DNA of 48,819 bases, counting the filler, from Streblomastix strix (Eukaryota): the NCBI GenBank assembly GCA_008636045.1. It is 2 parts of 2 records of this genome, joined end to end, with 100 filler letters (N's around TTAATTAATTAA, not from the genome) between each part and the next. Parts side by side here need not be neighbours in the genome. Positions count along the whole stretch, not along the records: positions 1 to 24,366 come from SNRW01000237.1; 1 more part is not named here. The stretch is one strand, 5' to 3'. This document shows positions 10,171-22,299 of the stretch, piece by piece (positions within the stretch are counted from its first letter, which is position 1; each line of letters starts with the position of its first letter). A program made the translations under genes and the position numbers. The notes under the pieces were generated by a model that saw nothing but the letters and a program-made list of their open reading frames with translations, made no database searches and was not told the DNA's origin.

Positions 10171-12895
10171 TCATATTTTATACTCTTCATCGTTAATCTT
10201 GTATTTTCCTCTTCATTATCTTCATCTTCAACATACAATTCTAGCTCAGCTGTTTTATTTTCCTTAATCCTGTATAATCTAAAACATTTCTTTATCTGAT
10301 GTTATCTTATAGTTTCACAGTTCTTATGAATTTATAATCTGAAATTTCTTGACATAATAGAATCTCGACAGTTTTCTTGAGCTAACTCACATAACCATCC
10401 AGTTTTTAACTATCTGAAATATTTAATACAGAATCTATCAATGTCAGTTAATGATACCTCAATTATTTCTTTCTTAACTTCAGTCATTGTGATGATTCTG
10501 GCGTCAAATTATGAAATATCCAGTTTAAGAAAGTAAGTTATGAGATTATCATAGAAACCTTCTTGATTTATGTGTTGAAATAGATTGTTGAAGTATTAAG
10601 TATTCTTCGTATATTTAGAATCACATTAACAAACTATATATCTTCGATCATCTTGATCTAAGTGAACAGGATCCAAATGATTGGATACAAAGATAAAATT
10701 TAATAAGTTCTTTTCAGCATGTGAACTAGATAATTTCGTACGAATTTCTAAAGTTGGATCTGTTATTAATGATTTTGGCTTATCAACTTCATGTCTAAAT
10801 GAAGAACTGAATGTTATAAGCTCATTTAACTCAACAAATACTAAATTATTCAAGAAAGAATTGAATTAACCAGTTACAGATGTTAATGAAGTAATATTTC
10901 ATAATGAACATCCAGATATGAACTCAGAAAGTACATCAGTAAAACTATTTTTTCCACAGCCATATCCACCTATTAAGATTATTGATACACGAATCTGTAA
11001 TTCAGAATGTTATATTATTAAAACAAAACATTTCAAAATATATTCATAAACAGTTGTATCATTGGAAAAAATTACATTTTTATATGATCTAGATAAGGTT
11101 GTATTAATTCAATGTTAATTTGCTCAAGTTCATGGTATTTATAGCCTCAAAACATAGAAAACTCAACTGGATCTTCACTTTTAAATTCAATTTTCTTAAT
11201 TATTAATATTTAATTACGTGAAACAGCTAATAACCACAGAGTTTTGGACCTGTTTCTATTAAAATGTGCTGGAACCAAGTTTTATGTATCTTATGCACAT
11301 GATTTACTTTTTCAAAGGAAAATATATTTCTTTTTTAGATTATTGTTTTATTTAAATAAGAATGTTACAGTACCAGAGTGTATATATATCATTAACTTAG
11401 TCATATCAAATATAATATCTTCAACACATTCATATTCTCCATTATAAATCTTAATTTATATATCTTTTAACTTAAATTAATCGATTAAATCAATATTATT
11501 AACTATAATTTTTGCTAGATCAATATTATCATTATCATTATAAATACTTGATTATAATTTTGTATCTTCAGGTTTTACTTTAATTGGTAAGTATTCTCTA
11601 TTATGATACTCTTCATTAGAAAATCTAACAAATTTCTCTACGTAATGAGGTGTACATGATTTTTCAGCGAGTATAATTCGAGTACTATCGAAATTAGAAC
11701 TATATTTGATAGTTAGACCATGAATTTAACGAATTTTATCATATTCTTCACTAATACACTTAAGATCAACATCAGGAATGGCTTTTATTCCATTAACTGA
11801 TGAAAATAACTTAAATAGAGTAGTTTCATTCTCTGGTTTAGCAGAATAATTATGAATAATTAGATTGTTAAGGCCATTTATTAATATATTAGCTTATTAT
11901 TTTGTCACATTAACATCTTAACTAGCTTTAACATCTTATTCTGGTTATTCATAACATTTTATAAACTCAACATCAATTCCAAGCACTTAAAATACTTATG
12001 ATATGAGATTTAGATCATTCTTTTTATCAAATTTTTATTATCGTCTTCCCTAACTTTTCGTACTTAAATAATTTATTTGGTTATTTTGGTTATTATCTCT
12101 TAGTTACTGTATTATATTCAATGTCTTTGATTTTTGAATCCGGTAAACCTACACATCTCATACTTTCATTATAATATACTCAAGCAAATATATCTCAATC
12201 ATATTTATCAGTAGCTATTTTTTTATCATTGAATTCCCAGCAAATAAAATTAGAGGATCCATATTACAATATATATGTAAACCCAATGACCAATTTTAAT
12301 TAAAGCTACGTTTAATTCTGATTGATAAATCTTCACTAAGAGATCGTTTCTTATGAGATCTCTTTCTTCTTCACTTAATTTCTTATCATTGTCATTGTCA
12401 ACAATGGCTAATTATGGACAATCTGCAATTTTTTATAACTTTACCAGTAATATTTCTAGTTTTTACTGATTTTTCATCATCACCATCATCTAGAGGATTA
12501 ATTTCATCGTTGAATTTCTTGAAATCATATAATTATATCAATGTCCGAGAAATTTATTGAACAAGTTCTTTATATTCATAACAATTTTAATCTTCCACTA
12601 CAGATTTAATCCAATTTGCAAGTCTGTTACCCATTAATAAATTAAGCTCTTCTACCGAGTCATTACGATGTGATTCAGCTTCTTAAAGTGCCTTGTTTGG
12701 AACAATTTACAATCTATCAGCTATTTTATAGAAGAGTTCATTTATTTATTATTGTTATGATGGAGAATACTTTGAGATTTATGAATTTATATATAATTCA
12801 TCAGGAGATAATTATGAGACTTTTTAACTTTGTGCCATTTTGCTATCTACCTAAAATGCTGTTTCTAAAAAAACGTTTAATTTGAAATAATTCAT
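10171..12895 (-). pseudogene. Prim-Pol + superfamily 3 (D5-like) helicase
   Basis: LAIVDNDNDKK..NVALIKIGH/GLHIYCN (frameshifted Prim-Pol). Walker A GGYGCGKN, Walker B FVELNE, motif C NFIFVSN, DDRRY, MTEVKKEII. Several frameshifts and a TGA. Confidence 0.88.
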
Positions 12896-13172
12896 AAAAA
12901 TAATAAAAAAAGAAATTAATTATTTTTAATAAAAATTGAAAATTAATTATTTTTAATAATAATAAGAACTAAAAAGACTTCGAGCACCAAGCACTAAGCT
13001 CTTGTTTAATTTTCTTATTTTTACTTAATTTAATATATATAAAATAGGATCATTTTTAATTATTAATTCAGCGAACGTTATTTCCTATTTATTTTCCACT
13101 GATTTATCAGCGACGAAGAATGCAGACATTTATAAATTAACAAAAATAATTTGTATATGTTTTTTTCCATGA

Positions 13173-15125
13173 TCATCCACTTCTCACCATTATTCCGCCA
13201 ATCTCGTCTATAGTCTCAAAGTTTAAAACCTATGGATCAGGTGCATCATCAAAAGTAAATCTAATGATAGCATCACATAGATAGTGCATCTAAGGAGTTG
13301 TCTAAGCATATGTTGGTGTAGGATAAGATCATATTGCAATAAATGAAATAAGATTGTTTTGATTTTCATCTGGAGTGAATTAAATAAATTCATTATCGAC
13401 GTTCTTTGAGTTAAATTCCCTTATAATTTGACTTGAATATTAGTTCCAGCTCCCATTTTAGATGCATTACATCCTCTAATGCGAATCATCAGTTGTCCTC
13501 TTCCAAGCAAGCATGAATTTATAAGGATAGTATATTTTTACTGCTTTACTTCCTTTATATAATGTAACATTTTAGAAGATAATCTCTCTTTAATAGAAAA
13601 ATTATTACCCATGAACCCATAGTAATCACCATTTGATTCATTTATAGTTTAATTTTGGAAATTCAATGAATGATTTAAATCTGATGTTGCAGAAACTAAA
13701 TTTTATTCATGAAAGCATTCGAACATATATCCAGTGACCATTTGATTCAACGATACATATTCTTATTAAATTTGATGTCGTTGATCAATTTCCAAATTCA
13801 ATCTCTAAAATAAAACAAGGAAAAACCAAGTTAAATATTAGTTCATAACAAATATAATAAACGTAACTTTTATATTTGAATATGACATTATACTTTACAT
13901 AGAACCACCACTAGCTACGAATCCTCGAAATGGGAAATTAGCTGATTATGTACGTTTAATTTATATAGGAAAATTCAATATTTTTTGAACTCTTATCATA
14001 ACAATAATGGCTTCTTCATTCTCCATATTGAAACCGAAATTATGAATATCTAACTTATTAAATTTCGCATCCTTAATTTAACTTATTGAATTTATAGGTC
14101 TTCTATCAGTAGCTACTTTTCCTTCCATATTAACAATTCTTACAGAAAATTTGTTATAATTTGCAACTGCAAAATCATATAAATATATAAAATTTAGTTT
14201 CTAAGGTGGAATCATTTAATAACCTAAATAATCATTTCATACTGGATTATACTAGTTCAACCATACAACTTTCAAATCTTACAAGAAAACTTACGTCCAT
14301 AATTATAAATACAACGAAGCATAATTTCTTGTTCACTCTGGAAATGAATTGAAAATAAGATTTAACTAGTTTAAATCAAGTACTCCAGCAATTGTTATTT
14401 CTTCTGGAATCTTATAATCAAATGCCCCTGCTGTAGCAGCAAAACTTGAAACAGGAATTTCTAAGAAAATTCCACAATTTCTTCTTTCCCTAACAATTGA
14501 TTCTAATGATGATACACTGACAGAATTCCTAGTACATTCATCTGATAATGAATTTGCAGCTATCACAGCTTATTCTCTAGCATAAATAGATGTTTCCCAT
14601 AGCTTTGTATTATCTTTACAGATTGCTATTTATTAGAATGATCCACAAGCTGTTGAACAACTTATTCATAACTTAATATGTTCATCAACATTGATTGGTA
14701 ATTAGTTTCCTCCAGCACCAACTTCCATAGTTCTAGCCCAGTCTGCTTATGGATCATTTATTCCATTGAAATTTAATCTAACTATAGCTGTTTATTCTAA
14801 ATTGACTGCTGCAATTTCTGTTTAATTATTTGATAATGCAAATCTATCTCCTGGAATAATTATTTACCAATTAACATAACATGATTATGCCATTGAACAA
14901 GTAGTATTACCTTTTGCAGCTAATCGAGCTCTAGTATATCTTTAACGATCACTTGTTAGTTATTTTTACAGGATAATCATAGAATTCCTATCTACTTAGA
15001 CTAAAACTCTATAGATGAATAGATGCTTATCGTAATACTTCTGACTTCGCTGAATAAGTGAAAACATAATCAGAATGGTATAGTTTTGGCAATTTCTATA
15101 CATAATCATTTGCTGAGAAACTCAT
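13173..15125 (-). pseudogene. Putative major capsid protein (double jelly-roll-like), ~650 codons
   Basis: MSFSANDYVQKLP...ITIAGVLDLNQLNLIFNSFP...ILNFPIQ...MHYLCDAIIRFTFDDAPDPQVLNFETIDEIGGIMVRSG*. Beta-rich, MCP-like size and context. At least 3 TGA and 3 frameshifts. Function inferred, not demonstrated. Confidence 0.6.
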
Positions 15126-15212
15126 TAAGTTTGAATTACTTAGAAATTTAAACAGTAGGTAAGTTTTATTATTCAAACAAATACTCTAACAATAAAATCA
15201 AATTAAATTTCA

Positions 15213-15419
15213 ATGGGATTTTTCAGTGGATTGAAGAATTTCGGAAGTAAGATATTAGATGGTATTAAAAAAGTTTCTGGATGAATAGCGCCTACGCTTC
15301 ATAAAGTAATGAGAACTTTAAGTGGACCAGTAAGTATGTTACATCCAGGTGCGGGTTAGATCATAGGAACTATAGAAAATATAGCTGGTGGAACAGATAG
15401 ACATTTAATTAAAAGATGA
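15213..15419 (+). pseudogene. Small amphipathic, Gly-rich virion-like peptide (68 codons, one internal TGA)
   Basis: MGFFSGLKNFGSKILDGIKKVSG*IAPTLHKVMRTLSGPVSMLHPGAGQIIGTIENIAGGTDRHLIKR*. Head-to-head with the capsid-like gene across 87 bp. Confidence 0.75.
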
Positions 15420-15506
15420 ATGCATTCTTCGTCATTTTTAAAGCAATTATAACAAATATCATATAAAAAATATAACATATTTATTTTTCTAATAATAAAC
15501 TCGTCA

Positions 15507-15790
15507 ATGGATGATTTATATTACTTTGCATAAACACTAGGAAAAGAAAATAATGCCTCAGATTATGAAGTGATTAAAATATTTGAAGCATTGATTGATG
15601 ATAAGGAATTGGATAATTATCAATAATAGTTCTATGATCAGAAAAAAATAAGAATGTAATGACAGATTTCATATGATAACAGAAAAAACTTAAGAAATCA
15701 TAAGTTATCTTTACAACCTAGAAACGCTAAATTGTTTTAATTGATTATATCCACGAAATAGTTGATTAACATTATCTACTACAAATTAAT
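15507..15790 (+). pseudogene. Small hypothetical element gene remnant
   Basis: MDDLYYFAQTLGKENNASDYEVIKIFEALIDDKELDNYQQQFYDQ..., then frameshift and TGA. End uncertain. Confidence 0.35.
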
Positions 15791-16197
15791 TATATATCTA
15801 TTTTTTATCATCATTTGCTTCAGAAATAATATATTTCTTTACATATTATGGTTGTTGATTCAAATCCATCTTCTTCTTGATTTGATTATATTCATTTTCA
15901 TCGTACTTATTATTCTCACCATATATTTTATTTTTATAGTCTTCATCACCAACAAATTATTTCATTGAATATAATTTACTCTATTATATTGTGAACTACT
16001 TATTTACTCTTATAAATTCTTTAAGTAAAATATGTTATGAATTTTATTTATATTTCATCAGCAGATTTTATAGCGTTTCTATCGTTGTTCTTATTAAATC
16101 TTCGTCTTCATAGTTCGTTTTAGCAACTTCAGTGAATAACTATTTAAGTGGTTTTGATAAGTTTCTAGGAAAAATAAATTCAACAATATTAAGATTA

Positions 16198-16620
16198 TCA
16201 AGGAGGAACTGATTCTAATGTTACTGGTTTTGCACTCCAATATACTTTAGCTCCATCACTATAGAATCCACCTTCTGTTCCAACACTATTTACTCCCCAT
16301 AAGATTGGATTACCAGCTGAGTAATTAACTAAACCACTGGTTGCGTTATCAGCTGTTATTTTTCCAGCAATAACTGACCCATTCAAATATTGAGTATTTC
16401 CATCAGCACTAATCATTAGTCCTCTATTTACTATATTTGTTTCTGATTATAATGCAATTGTAAGCCCTAATGGATTTTAACCATAATCTGATTATGGAGA
16501 ATGTTTAGCTTATTAATTATTAATCACTTCAGTTGTTTAACTAGGATCTACCCCTAAATAAATACCACATTTTCCGGCAATACGTGAGATTCATATTCCT
16601 TATGAGTGGTCTGATCGATA
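16198..16620 (-). pseudogene. C-terminal remnant of fiber/spike-like protein
   Basis: GI*ISRIAGKCGIYLGVDP...LGLTIA..NRGLMISADGNTQYLNGSVIAG...VNYSAGNPILWGVNSVGTEGGFYSDGAKVYWSAKPVTLESVPP*. Gly/Ser/Thr/Asn-rich beta composition. Confidence 0.5.
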
Positions 16621-19600
16621 AATTATTTTATGATCCAACTTGATCCTAGGTATTTCTACACAATTTCAGCATTAGAGGAGCTGCACTTTGTCGTAATTGT
16701 TGGTGATCCATTGTTTAATTATTTATAGATATGTATAAGAATGCAGATTTCATGTTTATACATAATTTTGTCTTTTAGGAATGGTAGGTTTTACAACTTA
16801 TCTTTAATATTTTCGTCGTGTCTAACCATTTGAGTCGATATTACCTATTAAATTGGATTGAGAAAAGGTATAATGCTGATTAATCATTATATTGCCTCTT
16901 GTAAAGCATCTAGTGAAGAAGATATTATCATTTTTTAATATGGCGAAGAATAGAAAGAGAACATATAATAGGAACTATTTTGATACAACAGCCATTACAT
17001 GGTTAATATTTATCATAAGAATTTAAAAAATTTTAATGTTTAAAATAAAAAAATTCATTAATTAAATTTTATTTAAAATTTTTTAATGAAATTATTGTTT
17101 TTTATAAAGAATGAATTAATTATAAAATAAGTTTTAAATAATGTCAGTATTTAACAATTAATGAAAATTAATTAATAAATAATATTTAAAAAAGTTGCAA
17201 GAGAGAATTTTAAAAAACGGTTCTAGGGAAATTTTTCATAACAAATTTTTTCATCTGGAAAGCAGTTAATAATGGATTGTATGTTTACTACATTATCTAT
17301 TATATAAAATCTTAATTTTATTTTCAATTTCAAATCTTGTAGTGTTCAACTCGGAGAAAGTCTCGTTCATGTCCTCTGTGTCTTCCTTCTACGCTAGAAT
17401 GAATGAATCAGCATTGTATGGTAATATGTAATAACTCAATGAATGAACTTCAAGAAAAAATATTTATAGTTGAAAATTCAATCTAAATTTCTACTTAAAA
17501 TGTTAAGAATGAATTTTCAATAAAAACTGAATAGCGTTTCTGTGATTATTAGTCAAGCTATGAGGTGATAAACGTATAAATAATTATTAAAGAACGTACC
17601 CTTAGAAATAAAACAAATTTTTCTATTCAATATTTCAGGAATCATTAGAAAAAATATGAATTATTTCAATAAAATGATTATTTTATTTTATCATTCTCGC
17701 TTAACAATTCTAAATTTTCTTTTTATTTTTCAATTTCTAACTATTTTTTCATTTATTCAATTTAATAAATCAAAAAATTATCTACTTATTTAATGAAATA
17801 TTATTTTATTTAAAAATTGCATTTAATTTAGTTTAATTAATTCCATTTTAAATGTTTTTGCAAAATAATACCATAATTATTAAATAGCATTGCACAGATT
17901 TTAATTAACTTTTATAAATGACGACTTATAAATTAGCAAGAACCTTATTATTCAAATTTATTATATTTATTGTAAATTGTGAAAAAATTATTTTGGAAAT
18001 AATTTTCCTTTCGCTTAATTTTTCTTATTTTTCCATTTTTATAAAAATAAACATACTTTTTTATTATCTAATGATATGATCAGAAGTTATACATTTAGCT
18101 ACGACTAAAAATATGTGGCGTAAAATGTTTGATAAAAAGCGTTATTCCATCAGTTAGATCAATATTCTAAAGCATAAGAGCTACTAATCTGACTGAAATA
18201 TCATATTTAAACATGATAAAAAATATTAGAAAAAAAGATGACGACCAGAAAAATGGGTTGAAAGATATAAACATCAAATCGTGGGATACACAAAAAGACG
18301 CAGAGAAATAGGGCATCGAATAATTTCAGATGCTTTTGATATAAATATATCTCCAATAGCAACTTAAACAGTTTAAATTTGATGAGATTCAAGATCATAT
18401 GTTTTAGGTGTTATTCGTTCTTTGCTGTTTAATAAATCAACTCAAGAATTAAAATTGTATCAGATTTTTAATTTAATGAACTTACAATTCATATTCCTAT
18501 TGTTTTTATGGACAAACAGAGGCTTTGCTACGTTGGTTAAAACGTAAGGTCATATTATTAGAAACACAAATCTGACAAGATCTGAATCGCATAGATGTCA
18601 AAATACTATAGTAGATATAATGGAGTGACGATATATATGGTTTTGTTTAATTAAAAAATACTGAATATACCAAGTGAATCTGAGAAGGTGAATGCAGATT
18701 AATGATACAAAAGTAGAAATTTATTTAAAATTTAATTAAAATTAATATTAAAATAAGATATAAAAGAAATAATATAAATGAGTACAACATTATAAATATT
18801 TTTATATTGGTGACTAGAATTCTAAAAAGTAATGAGTGTATATTCTTTTCAATACGATTAATATTTGATCTTTTATCACAAAAATCATCAATAATTAAAG
18901 TTTATTTAATTTAAATTATAATTTACATTAAATTTATTATGCATTCGCCCGCTAAAATTGTAATTAACAATAGATTATTTTAAATTAAATATATATAATA
19001 AAATTATTATTAAAAATATTTATTTTACCTCAAATTTAAAAGATATAATTTGACACAAACTCTAAAATAATATTGATAACCCTCACCACTTTCGGATTAT
19101 ATCACCCACCTTGCATAAGACGAGCTGACCTCGTTTATTGCACATGTGCTCACTCAATGGAGACCAGATCGCTCAAAAACGAACGAGTCCCAAGGTTCTG
19201 ACACGCAAAAGAGTACGCAAACCGAAGTATTGGCGAGAAAAGGCATTGAGTATGTTAACAACATGATAGCAATGATGCGGGAGCGTGTGAGGCTTCTGTT
19301 CGACGCGGAAATATAAGTTATGCTTGCTGAAAGCCCATTTGCTTCATCTACGTTTAGCATATATGAGTTCAGAAAATGAAAATTTCCATTAACGCGAACC
19401 ATATATTTTGATAATTTAAAATAATAAATAACAATAATACAATAAAGTTTAATTAGAACAAAAATGAATTCTATCGAAAGATTATTGAGAAATTTAACAT
19501 TTAAATTTTTAGAAAAAAAAATTGATCTTTAATTTTCTTATCATAGATTCAATAGATCAAAAATTAATTGATAAATTTAAATTTCAAAAATTATAATAAT

Positions 19601-20325
19601 TTAAATAATAGTAACTTTATTCATTATTAATAATTAAGTAATAATGAATAAATATAATATAAATATTCTTCGAATTTCTCCAAAACAAGGCGTTTGATGT
19701 ATAATTTTTTTAATTCTTAATTGTGCATAACAATGAAATAAATTAAACTTTGTTTTTAAAACGTAAATTAAACGTTACATTAATACTAGAAAACGAAGAG
19801 AATTAATAAAAAAATAAAATTGTTATTTTATTGATAATTTTCATTTAAAGTGGATCTCTATATTGTTATATTAATATTGAATATTTCATGTCAATATAAC
19901 AATCTAAATCTTCGTTTACCAAACAAAATTTAAAATATATAAAAATGAAATTAAAATGCATTTAGTTAACATTGGATTAGTTACAAATTTTATTTTTAGA
20001 CATATTTTGATAATATTTTAAACTGTAATCAAAATAATATACACAATTTCATTTAATTTTTTCAAACTACTGAGATAAACATATTTAAAAATTAAATCAT
20101 ATTTTTATCCAATCACATAAATCAAAACTCATTTATTTAATCAAAAAATTACTTGCGAATAAATTCTACGTAGAATAAAACAATAATAATATATTTTTTT
20201 ATATCTTTTACCTTCACTGTACAATATTTATAATTTTTATTTTCAAATTTTCCATTTTATCTCATCATATAACAATAAATATACATTCATAATATTTCAT
20301 TTTTTATTATGCTATCATTTTACAG

Positions 20326-21399
20326 GAGTTGGTATGAAATTAATCTATTATCCAGTAACACGACACATACAAACATTTCAAAGTTTGAAAAATTAATATT
20401 TTTAGTATTTCTCATCTATTTACTAATATTAATATATTTTATTAATTATTTTGTATTTATTAGCCAATTTCGTTTAATTTATTATATTTTTCATTATTAT
20501 ATTCGAAAGATTGTAGAGGAACCAGCTTAAAATAATTATCTGTACTTTATGTTAAATCAGATTTCGTATGTATGAAAGCATGAATGAATGGCTGAAGAGT
20601 TAGCAATAGTGGCATATATTCATTGGAGCTATATTGAATACATTAGAACTGAACATGTTGGACATATCTTTGTCTTCAACTTGATATGAAGGTATTAATT
20701 ATTGTAAATATATATTTGTTACAAAGTGTTATGAATTCATATATATACGAATAGTTTTTTATCATTCTTTTATTTAGCAAAACATCCTTCACATTTTTAT
20801 TCATATTAATATTCAATTATATTTCCTTATCAATTTAAAAGTGTAATGAAAAAACCGCCAAATTCTTCATTGGTGAAAAACTTAATGAAGAAGTTGAACT
20901 CGGAGTTAGTAAATTACCTCCTGATATTTAAGTAGTGGTATGTAAATATATTGTTGATTTATATAATTGTTATTAATTACAAATTCTAAATAAATAATTC
21001 TTTGTATTAATTATTTTTATTTTTTTATTTTCTATGTTATATACATTAATATAAAATAAAAGTATTTAGCCGAAGGACCTCTCAAAGCTTACAAATCTCA
21101 CAACACTGAACGGAATGGACAGGGATTAACAAAACTCGTTGAATGGGTTGGTTTATCTTAATAAGATAATGAATAATATGAATAATAAATAGAAATAGAA
21201 AGAAAAATTCCTTTGAAACTGAAATCAATAAATCAAATATTTGAAAAAGCAGTTTTCCGTGTCAGTAATAAGTATATTAATTCAGAAAACTCCAGAAGTG
21301 CGATGAATTCTATATTTTATATAATATGAACTAGTTTAAATTGAAATAATTCTTTTTTAATTCTTATTATATATTTATTATATTTATTCATTTATTCAT

Positions 21400-21482
<83 letters not shown>

Positions 21483-22160
21483 TATTATTAAATTCATATT
21501 ATTTTAACTAATTCACATAAAAATAGCAGATAAATACCATATTCCAAGACCATTGATTATAATATGAATATCTAATAAGAAGAAGAGAAAAAAATATACA
21601 TATAATTAATCAAGTTATAGAAAGATGGATAATAAATTGCGAATTCGCTAACTGGAACTGGATTACAAATTGCAGATTTCAGAGGAATAGTGTCAAGGAT
21701 TTATACAGTATCAAAAACTAATCAAGTGAGTGGTATGTAATTATTTGTAATATGTAATTATTAATTAGATTATATCGTATTTTAAAACAAATTGAGTTGT
21801 CTCTCACATAATTTTATTTATTTAATTTTATATAATATATCATAGGTATTGCAGTAGTAAGTTCAAATGAAATGATCTCGAAAAGGTTGAGCTTTAATGA
21901 CATGACTAATTTAAAAGGGATAGTTTTTGTCCTTCCTGAGTATGAATATATATTAATTTGAATAAAATATAAATTGATTAATAAATTTTATAATAAATAA
22001 TTTTATTTTTATTTAATTCTTATTATATATTTATTATATTAATATTTCAGGATTCGGATTCATTGCTGATGGAGATGAAATATTAAACAACATTCCAATT
22101 CCAGAGAAGGATTTCAGAGCTATTACATATGATGAGAAAGAATGTATAAATATATTAAAG
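20326..22160 (+). pseudogene. Multi-exon SPRY/B30.2-like gene copy, probably pseudogene
   Basis: GT-AG exons encoding TAKFFIGEKL..GVSKLPPDIQVV, GIAVVSSNE.. and FGFIADGDE..RAITYDEKE. In-frame TGA in the 20510-20690 exon. Confidence 0.4.
21380..21482 (+). repeat. (TTTA)n microsatellite
   Basis: About 25 TTTA/TTCA units. Confidence 0.95.
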
Positions 22161-22299
22161 TTTATTATAATCTTTAAATGAAAGAGCAGAGTTGTAATCA
22201 ATCACCTTCTCATAATCACTAACTCAATTGAAAACATGTTAAAAATATATGAATAATAATAAAATTAATATTATTATAAAATTAATATAATTTTATATC

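Larger units (their letters stand above)
10171..16620. mobile_element. Decayed Polinton-like endogenous virus (element 2)
   Basis: Cluster of intronless pseudogenes: primase-helicase, capsid-like, small amphipathic protein, fiber-like. Boundaries uncertain. Confidence 0.75.

Noticed and set aside
15790..16190. Possible minus-strand acidic ORF in element 2
   Set aside because: Broken by TGA, no recognisable motif or start.
7232..16620. TGA read as Trp (several TGA at expected Trp positions)
   Set aside because: The same genes carry frameshifts and TGG-to-TAG changes, and intact genes use TGG for Trp and TGA as stop. G-to-A decay explains it.
18075..18584. ~170-codon open frame on +
   Set aside because: No start or motif, and long open frames arise easily when only TGA is a stop.
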